In this document: in pieces, positions 13,738 through 28,820 of the stretch
Numbering within the stretch: the stretch's first letter is position 1
Layout: every line of letters starts with the position of its first letter
NCBI GenBank assembly: GCA_964016885.1
Contig: OZ024745.1
Location: 42,656,001 to 42,720,000, forward strand
Reading direction: 5' to 3'
DNA from: Eledone cirrhosa
Lineage: Eukaryota
DNA: 64,000 nucleotides
Position numbers and translations under genes: made by a program
Notes under the pieces: generated by a model
Seen by the model: only the letters and a program-made list of their open reading frames with translations
The model's database searches: none
Told to the model about the DNA's origin: nothing

Positions 13738-14299
13738 CAAAATAACGTTAAGGCAGTTGTTAAGTTTACTTAATTAAATTTATTACATTATACGCATTTC
13801 AATGACATGGTGGGTAGTTATTTTGTAATGGTTACGTCAGTAACTAGCATAACCACTTCACATAATTGTGTAACATCATACAATATATAAAAACATGTAT
13901 TATATAAATATATACTTTATTCGTATATACAATAAACATATGGGTAATCTATATGTATTATGATTCAACGCTGTCTTAGTGCTGCTGCCAGTTAATTATA
14001 AACACCCAAATTTCCACAATATGCAAATGAGTAATTCCAGCCCATGTTTTCTATTTGCTATATGCAAATGAGCATCTCCACCAAATGTTCATCAGGCAAA
14101 TGTCTATATATACATATATACATTATAAACCACAAAATAAAGTCGAACAGGAAAATACTAACCGACAATATATTCATATTATACACAATTCCCTACAAAA
14201 TAGACTATTGATTATGGAAGCCGAATTCATATCACAATATCATACTATAATAAATATACAACAAAACATACTCCATAAACGAAATAAACACACTTTATA

Positions 14300-14383
<84 letters not shown>

Positions 14384-14708
14384 TGTGTGTGTGTGTGCGC
14401 GTGCGCGCGCGTCGGGCGTGTGTATACTTGTACGCATGTATGCAAATTTGTATACATATAATTCTGAGTATATGTATCTGTGTGCAAGTAAGTACATGTG
14501 TGTCTGCATTACCATCTTGAAAATTCTATATATACATATGCACATACGTGCGAACATACATACACATTTACATACCTACCTACCTACATACATACATACA
14601 TAATTACATGATGGCTGCCCCCTCGTTATCGAGTATGGCCATTGCACGAGGAGAAAGAAAAAAAAAAAAATAATAATAATAATAATAAATAAATAAAAAG
14701 AAAATAAA

Positions 14709-14739
<31 letters not shown>

Positions 14740-15548
14740 CATACATGCATGCATACATAATATATGCATACATACGTACATACATACATACATGCATACA
14801 TACGTACGTACGTATGTGCATACATAATTTTATATATTTTACTTTATGTATATTTAAACCGAAATATTTGCACATATATAGACACACACGCATATATGAG
14901 TATACAGATACAAGCACATAAACGCACTCCCATATACACATATATACATACATACGCCTAGATATACATACGTACATATACATACATATACATATATGTG
15001 TGTGTGTAATAATATTCCTTTATATGTATCTACATATTTAAACACACACGCATTCACATACACATACACGCATGCGTGCATTCACATGCACACTTATACA
15101 CAAATATGTATGTATTGTATGCATTTGTATACATGTGTGTATGTATGTATGTATAGGTGTAAATGTGTGTGTGCGCGCGCGTATAATATATATATATATA
15201 TTCTCCACCTAGTTTCTTCTCAGATTAGAAATAAATATAGTGACCCGCCTGCGGCTCAACCTACCACAATAAAGCGCCGGGTCAAATCGATCACTTCTCG
15301 CGATATTCTCGCCTTTGGCGAATAACCAAGCCCCAAACAAATTTATGACCAGCGTGCCTCGAGCGTCTTTCCGTCTCCATTCTTTCTCATTTGTTTTTAA
15401 ATAGCAGAGCAGCGAGGCTCTTTCTTTATCACATTTATAAGTCGCCCCCACCTCAGCTTGTGGTAGAAAGTCAGAAAGCTCACAAGACACAATATCGAAT
15501 GAAGAACATTTGTGCGCGCACGCACACGCACACACACACACACACATA

Positions 15549-15630
<82 letters not shown>

Positions 15631-16033
15631 GTGACAGAGAGAAGAGAAGACATATATATATATATACACACACACTCATATATATGTTCATACATACGTA
15701 TACATATATATATTTACATAGACATATTCACAAGACATGCGACAAAAATTCTTACAAATATGCACGAATGCGCATATTTGTAAGAATAGGAAAAGAAGCC
15801 GCTTATTGTGATCACCATGAGGCAAAGCCTCTTAGAAAGCAATATCCGGTCGATGACAATAATCGGCTGATGGCAATAAGTGGTTGATAATATTAAGAGG
15901 ATTAAACAATAGCTAGATCCTAATACGCGGATTATTTTTAATTAATTTAAGATTGAAAGTTTAGGACCCTAAGATTTTGATAACAATAATCGTTTTGTAA
16001 CATTATCCATGCTCGTAAGTATGTATACGTACA

Positions 16034-16400
<367 letters not shown>

Positions 16401-16435
16401 TTGTGTATGTATAGATAGATAAGTAAATAGATGTA

Positions 16436-16482
<47 letters not shown>

Positions 16483-16509
16483 GTGTATGCATATATATAT
16501 GTATATATA

Positions 16510-16702
16510 ACGAAGGAAGTGTGGTAAGGAGCCAGATGGACCATAACGAACCAAAGTACTCAATACTTAGGGTAGTAGAATGGGTAATAGGAAAATGTTT
16601 GACCCCGACAGCAGAGCTCAAGCCGTTTCGACGGCTATTTCTGAGTCCAGAAATAGCCGTCGAAACTGCTTGAGCTCTGCCGTCGGGGTCAAACATTTTC
16701 CC

Positions 16703-16705
<3 letters not shown>
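16510..16705. mobile_element. (TA)n-embedded insert ending in a ~112-bp near-perfect hairpin
   Basis: 16590-16645 is the reverse complement of 16649-16701 (GGAAAATGTTTGACCCCGAC.GCAGAGCTCAAGC.GTTTCGACGGCTATTTCTG). Confidence 0.75.
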
Positions 16706-16746
<41 letters not shown>

Positions 16747-16756
16747 ATATATATAT

Positions 16757-16892
16757 AATTGTTTCTACTTTTGGCACAAGGCCAGCAATTATCCAGTTCA
16801 TTACTGGTACTTTATTTTATCGACCCCGTAAGGAAGAAAGGCAAAGGTAACCTCGACGGGATTTGAACTCAGAATGGCAAGGGCCGTAACTC
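16757..16892 (-). mobile_element. tRNA-derived SINE, short young form, 5'-truncated
   Basis: Reverse complement of the 20641/36132 SINE sequence. Confidence 0.85.
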
Positions 16893-17542
16893 TATATATA
16901 TATAATGAAGAATAAAAGTTACGGGCGAAAGAGGGGAATATCCATCGTCAGTTAGATATTTCTTCGCGTCAGAGACAAGATACCTCAGCCTAGGGCGAAC
17001 AATAACTAAAATAAGTCATTGGGATAAAAAGGGGGAGGGGGGTGTAAACAGACACGAAGGGTAAAGCAACGTAAAGAGAGGAATTTCAACCACACAGCTC
17101 GCCATTTTATTCATATGTATATATATATAAACATACATATTTATATATGTGTGTATATATATATATGTATGCATATATATATATATGTGTGTATATATAT
17201 ATATATGTATATATATATGCATATATATATATATATATATCTTTATGTCGTTTGGAAGCCTCGACAATGCAAATGGGTAAATCTCCGGGTAACAAGGTCC
17301 GGTGGTGGAGAGAGAGATGTAAGTGGGTGTACGCTGAGATGCGTGGTGTATATAAGATGTGTGAGATGTGTAGAATGAAGGGAAGAGTATAAAGGATAAA
17401 AATAAAAATAACAACACAAGAGAGAGTTACCTTGGGAGAGATTTAATAGTCCCTATATATTTCGGATTCACATCCATCAACTGGGGGGTTTTCCGGGGTG
17501 GGGGAAAAGGTTGTCTGTCGGACAATATATATGTGTGTGTGT

Positions 17543-17930
17543 GTATTTCGTTTCTGAATTTGTTTAGCAAGATTCTTTATCTGAAAACGTGTGTTGAAAC
17601 CGATATTGTTATACTTTGGGAGGGTCATGCTGCCAATAAGAAACACACGTACCAGTTGCATTCACTCCAATTTATTATAAATTAAATTTATAAATTTAAG
17701 AATTTAAAAACAAAGAAAAGAATCCCCAGGCACTGAAGAGGTCACAGAATGTGTGACAAAAGAACTTTGACAATATATGAACAACTGTCCGGTTGTGGAA
17801 CCAACCAACCAACCAACCAGAAATTTATAAATTCTTAAATTTATGAATTTAATTTATAATAAATTGGAGTGAAACACCTGGTGCGTGTGTTTCTTATTGG
17901 CAACATGACCCTCCCAAAACATAACAATAT
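17543..17930. mobile_element. Microsatellite-embedded insert with ~105-bp inverted arms and a truncated hammerhead 5' half
   Basis: Arms ~17603-17708 and ~17826-17930; CTGAAGA-GGTCACA-gaatg-TGTGAC at 17733-17757; partial homologue at ~32860-32972. Confidence 0.7.
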
Positions 17931-17950
17931 ATATATGTATATATATATAT

Positions 17951-18110
<160 letters not shown>

Positions 18111-18119
18111 TAAAAGAGA

Positions 18120-18194
<75 letters not shown>

Positions 18195-18224
18195 TATTTA
18201 TATATATATTTATATAAATAAAAG

Positions 18225-18511
18225 GTAGAGTTAATAACTCATACTGAAACCCTGTAATTAACAAGCTCAAAGTATAAATACTGAGCATTATAATAATAAT
18301 ATATGTAGTAATAAACACAGTAAATCGTGTGTTTAAAATTACGAGGGCTGAAAACCACATTTGTTTGAAATATTTAATCCTATATATGGTTGAAATATTT
18401 AACCATATATATATATATTTCATGGTTAAATATTTCAAACAAATGTGGTTTTCAACCCTCGTAATTTTAAACACACGATTTACTGTGTTTATTACTACAT
18501 ATATTATTATT
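18225..18511. mobile_element. (TA)n-embedded insert with ~87-bp inverted arms
   Basis: 18293-18380 is the reverse complement of 18424-18510. Confidence 0.7.
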
Positions 18512-18513
18512 TA

Positions 18514-18673
18514 TCGGTAGAGGGTCGGACGCCATGCTTTGACGCATAGAGTTACGGCCCTTGCCAGTCTGAGTTCAAATCCCGCCGAGGTTAACTTTGC
18601 CTTTCATCCTCACGGGGTCGCTAAAATAAAGTACCAGTAATGCACTGGCCTTATGCCAAAAGTAGAAACAATT
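18514..18673 (+). mobile_element. tRNA-derived SINE, short young form
   Basis: Matches the 36132 copy with a small internal deletion. Confidence 0.85.
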
Positions 18674-18681
18674 ATTATATA

Positions 18682-18716
<35 letters not shown>

Positions 18717-18790
18717 TGATGGCCTCCAAAAGCAACGGTCACTTTTTAAAAGGGTACGTCAATGTCTATTTATAAAACTGTTATATATTG

Positions 18791-18855
18791 TATTTTGTCT
18801 GATGAAGACATACCATAATTTAACTTGGTATCCTTGAAATATATATAATGAAATA
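18791..18855 (+). ncRNA. Type I hammerhead ribozyme in a (TA)n-embedded insert (18715-18895)
   Basis: TATTTTGT-CTGATGA-AG..ATACCA...TGGTAT..TT-GAAA-TATATA-TA-ATGAAATA. Confidence 0.75.
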
Positions 18856-18894
18856 AATATGGTTTTATAAATATAGTTTCCATTTATTAATATC

Positions 18895-18939
<45 letters not shown>

Positions 18940-18941
<2 letters not shown>

Positions 18942-19400
18942 TAGAAGGGGTATTTAATTTGTTGGAAGTCCAACAAATATAAATGTTTATAACTGATTTA
19001 GAGCACTCAACAGTTTACTGGAGTAAATATTCAATGATATTAAATAAATGGAAACTATATTTATAAAACCATATTTATTTTATTATATATATTTCAAGGG
19101 TACCAAGACACATTGATACGCTTTCATCAGAAAATACAAAGTTTGTTTTATAAATAGAGACTACCCATAAAAATCCTACTTTATCGGTTGGAAATTCACT
19201 GGATAGTTCACTGGATAATTCACTATCCAGTGAATTTCCAACCGAAAAGGTATGATTTTCATGGGTATGTCTCTATTTATAAAACAAACTTTGTATTTTA
19301 TCTGATGAAAGCGTATCAATGTGTCTTGGTACCCTTGAAATATATATAATAAAATAAATATGGTTTTATAAATATAGTTTCCATTTATTTAATATCATTA
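18940..19400. mobile_element. (TA)n-embedded insert with ~170-bp inverted arms and two hammerheads
   Basis: ~19034-19206 is the reverse complement of ~19223-19399; same family as 18715-18895 and 49608-49875. Confidence 0.8.
19294..19356 (+). ncRNA. Type I hammerhead ribozyme (inverted copy at ~19076-19136, minus strand)
   Basis: TATTTTAT-CTGATGA-AAG.GTATCAA-tgtgtc-TTGGTAC.CTT-GAAA-TATATA-TA-ATAAAATA. Confidence 0.85.
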
Positions 19401-19439
19401 TATAAATAAATATATATATATATATATTTATTTATTTAT

Positions 19440-19494
<55 letters not shown>

Positions 19495-20640
19495 TATAGA
19501 TAAATATATATATATTTATTCTCTTTTAAGTTAGTCGAGTGCCGAGATTTGAAACTATGTATTGTATTTGCGCAAAGGTGATGGCAAAAGGTGTGTGCGT
19601 GTGGGGGGGGGGGGGCGTGCGACGCATGTGTCTATATATATATACACAAGTTTGATTACCAATGGGTAGAACTGGTGGTTCTGGTTGGTAAACCATGATG
19701 TACCAAATTAATTAAAGCAATCAACGTTTTGCAAGTCATCCATCGTAGATGTAGTATCCAGTGGTTGGTGCAGTGACGGAGTAAAGTATTTATTAAACAA
19801 CAGAAGACAGGACTGGAAAAATTAGCTTTAAATCTTAAATCCGTGAAATCACTATATATATTCCATCAAAATATGACGTAAGGCAAGACGATGTTATCAG
19901 GTAACTTCCACATAATTATATAACAGGGTTACGTTAAACACTATATTACGTTAAACACATATAGGGGCTGATAGGGAAAAGAGTATAGAAAATTGAAAAT
20001 TGAATCGATTCGGGGACTGCCTGTAAAAAAAAACTGTTCTATTGGAAGAAGGCAGTCCCCATTTTTGTCTTTTTATTAATTATGTAAAATTGCATTTCTG
20101 AGATTTCAAAGATCCCCAAACACAGCAGAAAGAATTCAGATGATTCAGGTCTGCGACATAACAAATATCGATGTGAATACAACATTAACGTAAAATCAAG
20201 AAGGATCAACAAACACAAACTACTAACTCTGTGGCATTTACAAGAATGACTGGCTTAGAGATGTTTTACACACATGCAGTGGGTTCATGTCTGGACAGCA
20301 CTAAATATGTTTCGTCTTCCATAGTCTCCTGCTTGAATTTAATTTGTTCTCCCCATAATTTTACATATAATACATAAGGCATCAGAAGAAGTACTTTCTT
20401 GAAACAGAACATAAAGATGCATTGGGGCTGAAGCAACGTGTCTATACAGCCAAATGAACCTTAAACAATAACTACTGAGGGGGGGGGGGGATAATTGAGT
20501 GAGAGATAGGAGGAGGGAAGTGAGAGTGATGAGGAGTGAGTGAGAGGTGGAGTGGGCCGTTGCTATATTCAAACTTTTAATTATATTTATATTAATTATT
20601 ATATTATTGTTTTATCTATCTATCTATCTATCTATCTAAA

Positions 20641-20826
20641 GGTGGATTGGCAGTATCGGTAGAGCGTCGGACGCCATGCTTTCCAGCATAGTTACGTCCC
20701 TTTACGATCTGAGTTCAAATCCCGCCGAGGTTGACTTTGCCTTTCATCCTTACGGGGTCGATAAAATAAAGTACCAGTAATGCACTGGGTAATTGCTGGC
20801 CTTGTGCCTAAAGTAGAAACAATTAT
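20641..20826 (+). mobile_element. tRNA-derived SINE, short young form
   Basis: Nearly identical to 36783-36966. Confidence 0.9.
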
Positions 20827-21044
20827 TGTTTTATACAGTGAATAGGCTAAATGGAGACAAAATGAGCATAGCGTCACAAGAAAAACTAATCATTGTAGGG
20901 AAAATTTGATTACATTCAGCATACAGAATGACATTAAGAACACCCATCAAAACACTTATTACAACTTGCTGTTGCCCAGTGTTGTTGGTACAGTTGGTCA
21001 CCTTAGTAAATAAGTGATAGTAGCGAAAGCCTGGGATTTGCAGG

Positions 21045-21066
21045 GAAAGAAAGGAAGAACGAACGA

Positions 21067-21122
<56 letters not shown>

Positions 21123-21900
21123 GAAGAAAGAAAGAAAGAAAGAATAATTGAGTGAAATGAGCGAACAGACGACTGTATAAACCATTGATTGTGTGATTGA
21201 ATGAATTAATGAATGAAGAGGAAACAAAGGCAGAGGTAAAATAATTTTGAATAATGAACAAGAATGAAAAAAATGAATCGTTGGGCGAATGGACAAACGA
21301 ATGAAAAAAGTCGTTGAGTAAATGAATGAAACAAGTGAGAGTGAAAATAGAGATAAAAGAAAGTTCAATGGAGAAATGAATGAATATTGAGATAGAGAAA
21401 CAAGAAAAGGGGGGGGGGGTATTGAAAGATTGAAAAAGAGAACAAAAGTGAAAATGAATGAACAAATGCACGATTGATCTAACGAATGAAGGAAAGAATG
21501 TGGGAAAGGGGTAAAGAAGAAAAGAAAAAGAAGAAGAAAAGTGTGGAAGAATAAACGAACAAACGAATGAAAGAATAAGTGAAGAATTAAACGAAAAAAG
21601 AAATACAGAGATAGAAAGAAGGAAAAAGAGAAAAATATTGATAGAAAGAAAGAAAAATAAAAGAATATAAAAAGAGGCAATATAGAATTACTAAACGGAA
21701 GAAGGGAAAGAATAAAACGAAAGTAGAAAGAGAGAGAGTGAAAGAAAGAATTAAGTGAATATGGAAACTGTGGGGGTGGGAAGAAAGAAAGAATGGATAA
21801 AAAAAAGACAGAAAGAAAGAGAATAACACAAAACGAAGAAGGAATACAGAAAGAAGACGAATAGAAGCAAAATCAATCAAGAATGAGAAAGAGAGTAAAT
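21045..21900. repeat. Purine-rich (AAAG)n/(GAAT)n low-complexity region
   Basis: Read directly from the sequence. Confidence 0.85.
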
Positions 21901-22128
21901 GTCATAAGTAGAAGAAAAATGATTTAGCGTTGGCTCAGTGCCAGAAAAATGGTATAGGGAGGAGTCGATAGGATTGGCCCTAGCTTATGACTGGTATTTT
22001 ATTTTATCGACACACTACCCCACATCAGCCAGAAAGATGAAGGTGGTGGCGGCGAACGGAGGAGATAGCGGAGACGGTGGGTGAGGAGATGGCGGCGACG
22101 GAGGAGGAGATGGTGGTGGTGGCGGCAG

Positions 22129-22129
22129 C

Positions 22130-22219
<90 letters not shown>

Positions 22220-22257
22220 AGAAGAAGAAGAAGAAGAAGAAGAAGAAGAAGAAGAAG

Positions 22258-22287
<30 letters not shown>
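22129..22287. repeat. Compound trinucleotide microsatellite (GTA)n(GCA)n(GAA)n
   Basis: Read directly from the sequence. Confidence 0.95.
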
Positions 22288-22288
<1 letters not shown>

Positions 22289-22680
22289 GATGGAAGATGC
22301 TAAGAAGAACAAGAGGATGCTGAAGAATGAAAAAGAGACAAGGTGGTGTGTAGTTGGGGGGGGGGGGGGGGAGGTGAAACAAAGCTAAGGAAAGCAAAAC
22401 GCGAAGGGAGGGTAGAGGAGAGAGAAAAAGAGAAAGAAAGAAAGTGAATGACGATGGGTGGTGAATGTGTTACGTTGGGTTTGGTAATTTACAAACCGAT
22501 TTGACCCCGAACAAACATTGAGCAGCAACCAGACGCTTCCCTAATTGGAAAGTTGTCAAAATATACGACTTAAATATCTGTCACCTGTCAGTAGAGTTGA
22601 CCAGTCATCTCACCAGCCAGCCACCTAGCCGGCCAACCAACCACCTAGCCAGGCAGCAGATACCGGCATCATTGCTTTCA

Positions 22681-22746
<66 letters not shown>

Positions 22747-22749
22747 TGT

Positions 22750-23030
22750 CCCCACCACCACCAACATCATCCAGTCTTGTCAGATCACCCGCATCGTTCA
22801 CTAAAGAGCACCACTTCCATATTCACCACACCGCCACCTTCACCATACCGCCACCACTGCCGCCATCGTCACCACTGCCAGCAGCACCAGCACCACCTGC
22901 ACCACCTGCACCACCACCACCACCACCACCGTAGTACCACAACCACTACCACCACCACCACTACCACCACCCCAACCATCACAACCACCACAGCTATACC
23001 GCCACCACAACCACCACCACCATTACCACT

Positions 23031-23062
<32 letters not shown>

Positions 23063-23518
23063 AGCACCACAACAATCACAACAACCACAACCACCACTAT
23101 ACCACCGTCACCACTGCAGCCACTACCACCACCAACAACAACACCGCCACCACGACCGTGGCACCACAACCATCACAACCACCACGATACCTCCACCACC
23201 GCCACCATCACCAGGGCCAACACCAACAACAACAATGAACACCACAACCACAACCACCACCGCCTCCACTGTACCACCACCGGCGACACCATCACTACTG
23301 CAGCCACCACCACCATGACCGTAACACCACAATCACCATAACCCTCACCATGCCGCCACCACCGCCACCGTCACCACTGCCAACACCACCAACACCGTCC
23401 CACCACAACCACAATGACAACCACCACCACCACAACTGCCAACACCAACACCACCACCACCACCACAACCACCACTACGACCACCACCACGACCACCACA
23501 ACCGCCACAACTGACAAC

Positions 23519-23549
<31 letters not shown>

Positions 23550-26500
23550 CCACCACTGCCAATACCACCACCACCGTCCCACTATACCCACTACAACAAC
23601 AACACCCTGCCATCACCACAACCACTACCGATATCATCAACACCAACACCAACACCACCACCATCACCAGACACACAACACCACCTCCATCACCACAACC
23701 ACCACTACAGCCGCCAACGCAGCAGCAGCTCTAACACCATTTCTTTCAACCAAAGAGCACATCACTAACACCAATAACACCACCAACACCAATAACAACA
23801 CCAACACCAACACCACCACCACCACCAACACCAAAACCAAAAACAACACCAACACCAACACCAATACCACCACCAACACCAACACCAATAACACCACCAA
23901 CACCAACACGAATAACACCACCAACACCAACACCAACACCAGTAACAACACCAACAACACCAATAACACTACCAACACCAACACCAATAACACCACCAAC
24001 ACCAACACCAATAACACCACCAATAACAACACCAATAACACCACCAACACCAACACCACCAATAACAACACCAATAACACCACCAACACCAACACCAATA
24101 ACACCACCAACAACAACACCAATAACAACACCAACAACACCAATAACACCACCAACAACAACACCAATAACACTACCAACACCAACACCAACACCACCAC
24201 CAACACCAACACCAATAACACCACCAACACAAACACCACCACCAATACCAACACCAATAACACTACCAACACCAACACCAATAACACCACCAACACCTAC
24301 ACCACCACCACCACCAACACCAATAACACCACCAACACCAAAACCAACACAAACACCGACACCAACACCACCACCACCACCAACACCAATAACACCACCA
24401 ACACCAACACCAGCACCAATAACAACACCAACAACACCAATAACAACATCACCACCAACACCAACAACACTACCAACACCAACACCAACACCAATAACAC
24501 CACCAACAACAGCACCAATAACACCACCAATAACACCACCAACACCAACACCAACACCACCACCAACAGCAACACCAATAACACCACCAACACCAACATT
24601 AATACCAACACCAACACAAACACCACCACCAACACCAATAACACCACCAACACCAACACCAACACCAACACCACCACCACCACCAACACCAATAACACCA
24701 CCAACACCACCACCAACATCAACACCACCACCAACACCAACACCAACACCAACACCAATAACACCACCAACACCAACACCAATAACACCACCAACAACAA
24801 CACCAATAACACCACCAATAACAACACCAACACCACCACCAACACCACCACCAACACCAACATCAACACCACCACCAACACCAATAACACCACCAACACC
24901 AACACCAATAACACCACCAACAACAACACCAATAACACCACCAATAACACCACCAACACCAACACCAACACCAACACCAACACCAACACCAACACCAATA
25001 ACGCCACCAACACCAACACCACCACCAACACCAACACCAACACCAACACCAACACCAACAGAATAACACCACCAACACCAACACCAATAACACCAACAAC
25101 ACCAACACCAATAACACCACCAACACCAACACCAATAACACCACAAATAATAACACCAATAACACCACCAACACCAACACCAATAACACCAACAACACCA
25201 ACACCAATAACACCACCAACACCAACACCAATAACACCACCAACACCAACACCAATAACACTACCAACACCAACACCAATAACACCACCAACACCAACAC
25301 CAACACCAATAACACCACCAACACCAACACCAATAACACCACCACTACCAACACCAACACCACACCAACACCAACACCAATAACACCACCAACACCAACA
25401 CCAATAACACCACCAACAACAACACCAACACCACCACCAATAATAACACCAATAACACTACCAACACCAACACCAATAACACCACCAATAATAACACCAA
25501 TAACACCACCAACAACAACACCAATAACACCACCAACACCAACACCAACACCACCACCAACACCAATAACACCACCAACACCAACACCAACACCACCACC
25601 AACACCAACACCAACACCACCACAACACCAACACCAATAACACCACCAACAACAACACCAATAACACCACCAACACCAACACCAATAACACCACCAATAA
25701 TAACACCAATAACACCACCAACAACAACACCAATAACACCACCAACACCAACACCAATAACACCACCACCACCAACACCAACACCACCACCAACACCAAC
25801 ACCAATAACACCACCAACAACACCACCAATAACACCAACCAACACCAACACCAGCACCAACACCAACACCAATAACACCACCAACACCAACACCAATAAC
25901 ACTACCAACACCAACACCAATAACACCACCAACACCAACACCAACACCAATAACACCACCAACACCAACACCAATAACACCACCACCACCAACACCAACA
26001 CCAACACCACCACCAACACCAACACCAACACCACCACCAATACTAACACCAATAACACTACCAACACCAATAACACCACCAACACCAACACCAACACCAA
26101 TAACACCACCATCACCAACACCAATAACACCACCACCACCAACACCAACACCAATAACACCACCAACACCAACACCAATAACACCACCAACACCAACACC
26201 AACACCACCACCAACACCAATAACACCACCAACACCAACACCAACACCAACATCAACAACAACACCAACACCACCACCAAAACCAATAACACTACCAACA
26301 CCAACACCAATAACACCAACAACAACAACACCAACACCACCACCAACACCAACACCAATAACACCACCAACACCAAAACCAATAACACCACCAACAACAA
26401 CACCAACACCACCACCAATAATAACACCAATAACACTACCAACACCAACACCAATAACACCATCAACACCAACACCAACACCAACACCAACACCAATAAC

Positions 26501-27275
26501 ACCACCAACACCAACACCAATAACACCACCACCACCAACATTAACACCAATAACACCACCAACACCAACACCAATAACACCACCAACACCAACACCAACA
26601 CCACCACCAACAACACCACCAATAACACCACCAACAACACCACCAATAACACCATCAACACCAACACCAACACCACCACCAACACCAACACCAATAACAC
26701 CACCAACACCAACACCAACACCACCACCAACAACACCACCAATACCACCACCAACACCAACACCAATAACACCACCAACACCAACACCAACACCACCACC
26801 AACAACAACACCAACAATAACACCACCAACACCAACACCAACACCACCAACACCACCAACAACACCAACACCACCACCAACACCAACACCACCAACACCA
26901 CCAACACCAACACCAATAACACCACCAACACCAACACCAACACCACCACCAACACCAACACCAACACCAACACCAACACCACCAACACCACCAACAACAA
27001 CACCAATAACACCACCACCACCACCAACACCACCACCAACACCAACACCAACACCAACACCAACACCACCAACACCACCAACACCAACACCAATAACACC
27101 ACCAACACCAACACCAACACCACCACCAACACCAACACCACCAACAACACCAATAACACCACCAACACCACCAACACCAACACCAATAACACCACCAACA
27201 CCAACACCAACACCACCACCAACAACAACACCAACAATAACAACACCAACACCAATAACACCGCCAACAACAACA
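22750..27275. repeat. ~4.5-kb ACC/AAC/AAT triplet-based array (ACACCA, AATAACACCACC motifs)
   Basis: Plus strand is almost only A and C; regular from ~23765; register shifts near 25060, 25360 and 25840. Confidence 0.95.
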
Positions 27276-27505
27276 CACAGCACCGACAATAACAATAATA
27301 TCAGCAGCAGGAACAGCAGCAACAACAACAGCTAATGTTGCATTAAAATAAAGATGATATATATGTCAGCATTGTGCAACATACATACACACGCACAAAC
27401 GCACAGACACACACATACAGACACACACACGCATACATACACAGACACACATTCATACATACACATATATATATATATACACATATACATATACACACAC
27501 ACACT

Positions 27506-27536
<31 letters not shown>

Positions 27537-27672
27537 AGAGATTGCAGTGCTGTGACCAAAGAGACCACTAATCATGGTAGTACTCAATGCATGGGGAGAT
27601 GCAGAGTGAGATATATGTAAAATCCCATCTCTCTCTCCATATATATATATATGTGTGCGTGTGTGTGTGCGC

Positions 27673-27815
<143 letters not shown>

Positions 27816-27819
27816 CGCG

Positions 27820-27853
<34 letters not shown>

Positions 27854-27867
27854 CGTGTGTGTGTATA

Positions 27868-28820
27868 TGGGACGCATGGGATGGACGTACAAAGATTGCG
27901 TATCCAAAGAGGATTCGAACGGGAGCAAACCGTAAAAATTGGAACCTGGAACATCACAACCCTTACAAGTAAAGAACAGGAACTAGTGGAGAAGACTAGA
28001 TGCTGCCGGCTAGATATAGTACTGTAGATTTGGGTGGAGGGTGGAAAATCAACTACTCAGGTTTGGTGCCAGAAATGACTGCACAGCTGGCAGTGGTGAT
28101 ACTCACAAGCTTCCGGCTGTCAGAATGTCTTATAGACTGGATCCCAATTGGAGGAAGGATTTGCAGCTTGAAGATAAGACTGAAAAATAGATGCCTGTGG
28201 GTGGTACAAGTTTATGCATCAAATAATGAGTCTGAGTACAGATTCTTCCCTGATGAAATCACTGCAGCATTAGATGTAGTTAAGACTAATATATCCTGAT
28301 GAGAGAGTTCAATGCACATTTAGGCACTGACCACCTGACATGGAATGAAGTGATTGGAAGGAACGGCGATCTTGATCTAAATTCGATTGGAGAGGACTTA
28401 TTGGACCTCTGTTCTAGTAATGGGCTCTCTATTATGAACACTTTTCAACACAGCTGGAGAGGATGAAATTCGGCCCGAGATGTTAAAAGCGTTAAATAAA
28501 GAAGGTATTCCTTGGCTGACTTGTGTGCCGGGTGGCCTGGATCTCTGGAAAGGCACCTAAGCAATGACAATTCGGTATTTGTGCAAACCTTTCCCTGTGG
28601 TCAGGAATCTTGGGTTATGACCGAAAGAATACGATCGCGAGTACAAGCGGCCGAAATGGGGTTCCCCAGAAGAGTGTTTCGAATAACGTTACTCGATAGG
28701 GTGCGTAGCTTGAAACGCAAAGAGTTGCTCCATATAGTGCCGCTTCTTCTCCGAATTGAAAGATCACAATTCCGATATTACAGGCATGTGGTTAGAATGT
28801 CTCAAGAAAGAATCTCTTAA
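27868..28820 (+). mobile_element. Internally deleted, decayed RTE-clade LINE
   Basis: KIGTWNITTLTSKEQELVE and IDWIPIGGRICSLKIRL..VVQVYA (APE domain); DEIRPEMLKALN (pre-RT); CGQESWVMTERIRSRVQAAEMGF.RR...LLRIERSQFRYYRHVVRM (post-RT); RT core absent. Confidence 0.85.

Noticed and set aside
13741-13900. Minus-strand GAAA-TGCGTA-TA resembling a hammerhead 3' half
   Set aside because: No matching CUGAnGA core or stem I could be found.
22025-22397. Poly-V/A/E and poly-S/A/T ORFs
   Set aside because: Compound trinucleotide microsatellite; no splice or domain evidence.
23664-27328. Long Gly/Val, Val/Leu and Trp/Cys ORFs (up to 821 aa)
   Set aside because: The G/T-rich strand rarely forms stops in any frame; all three frames are open and the register shifts repeatedly, so there is no evidence of frame selection.
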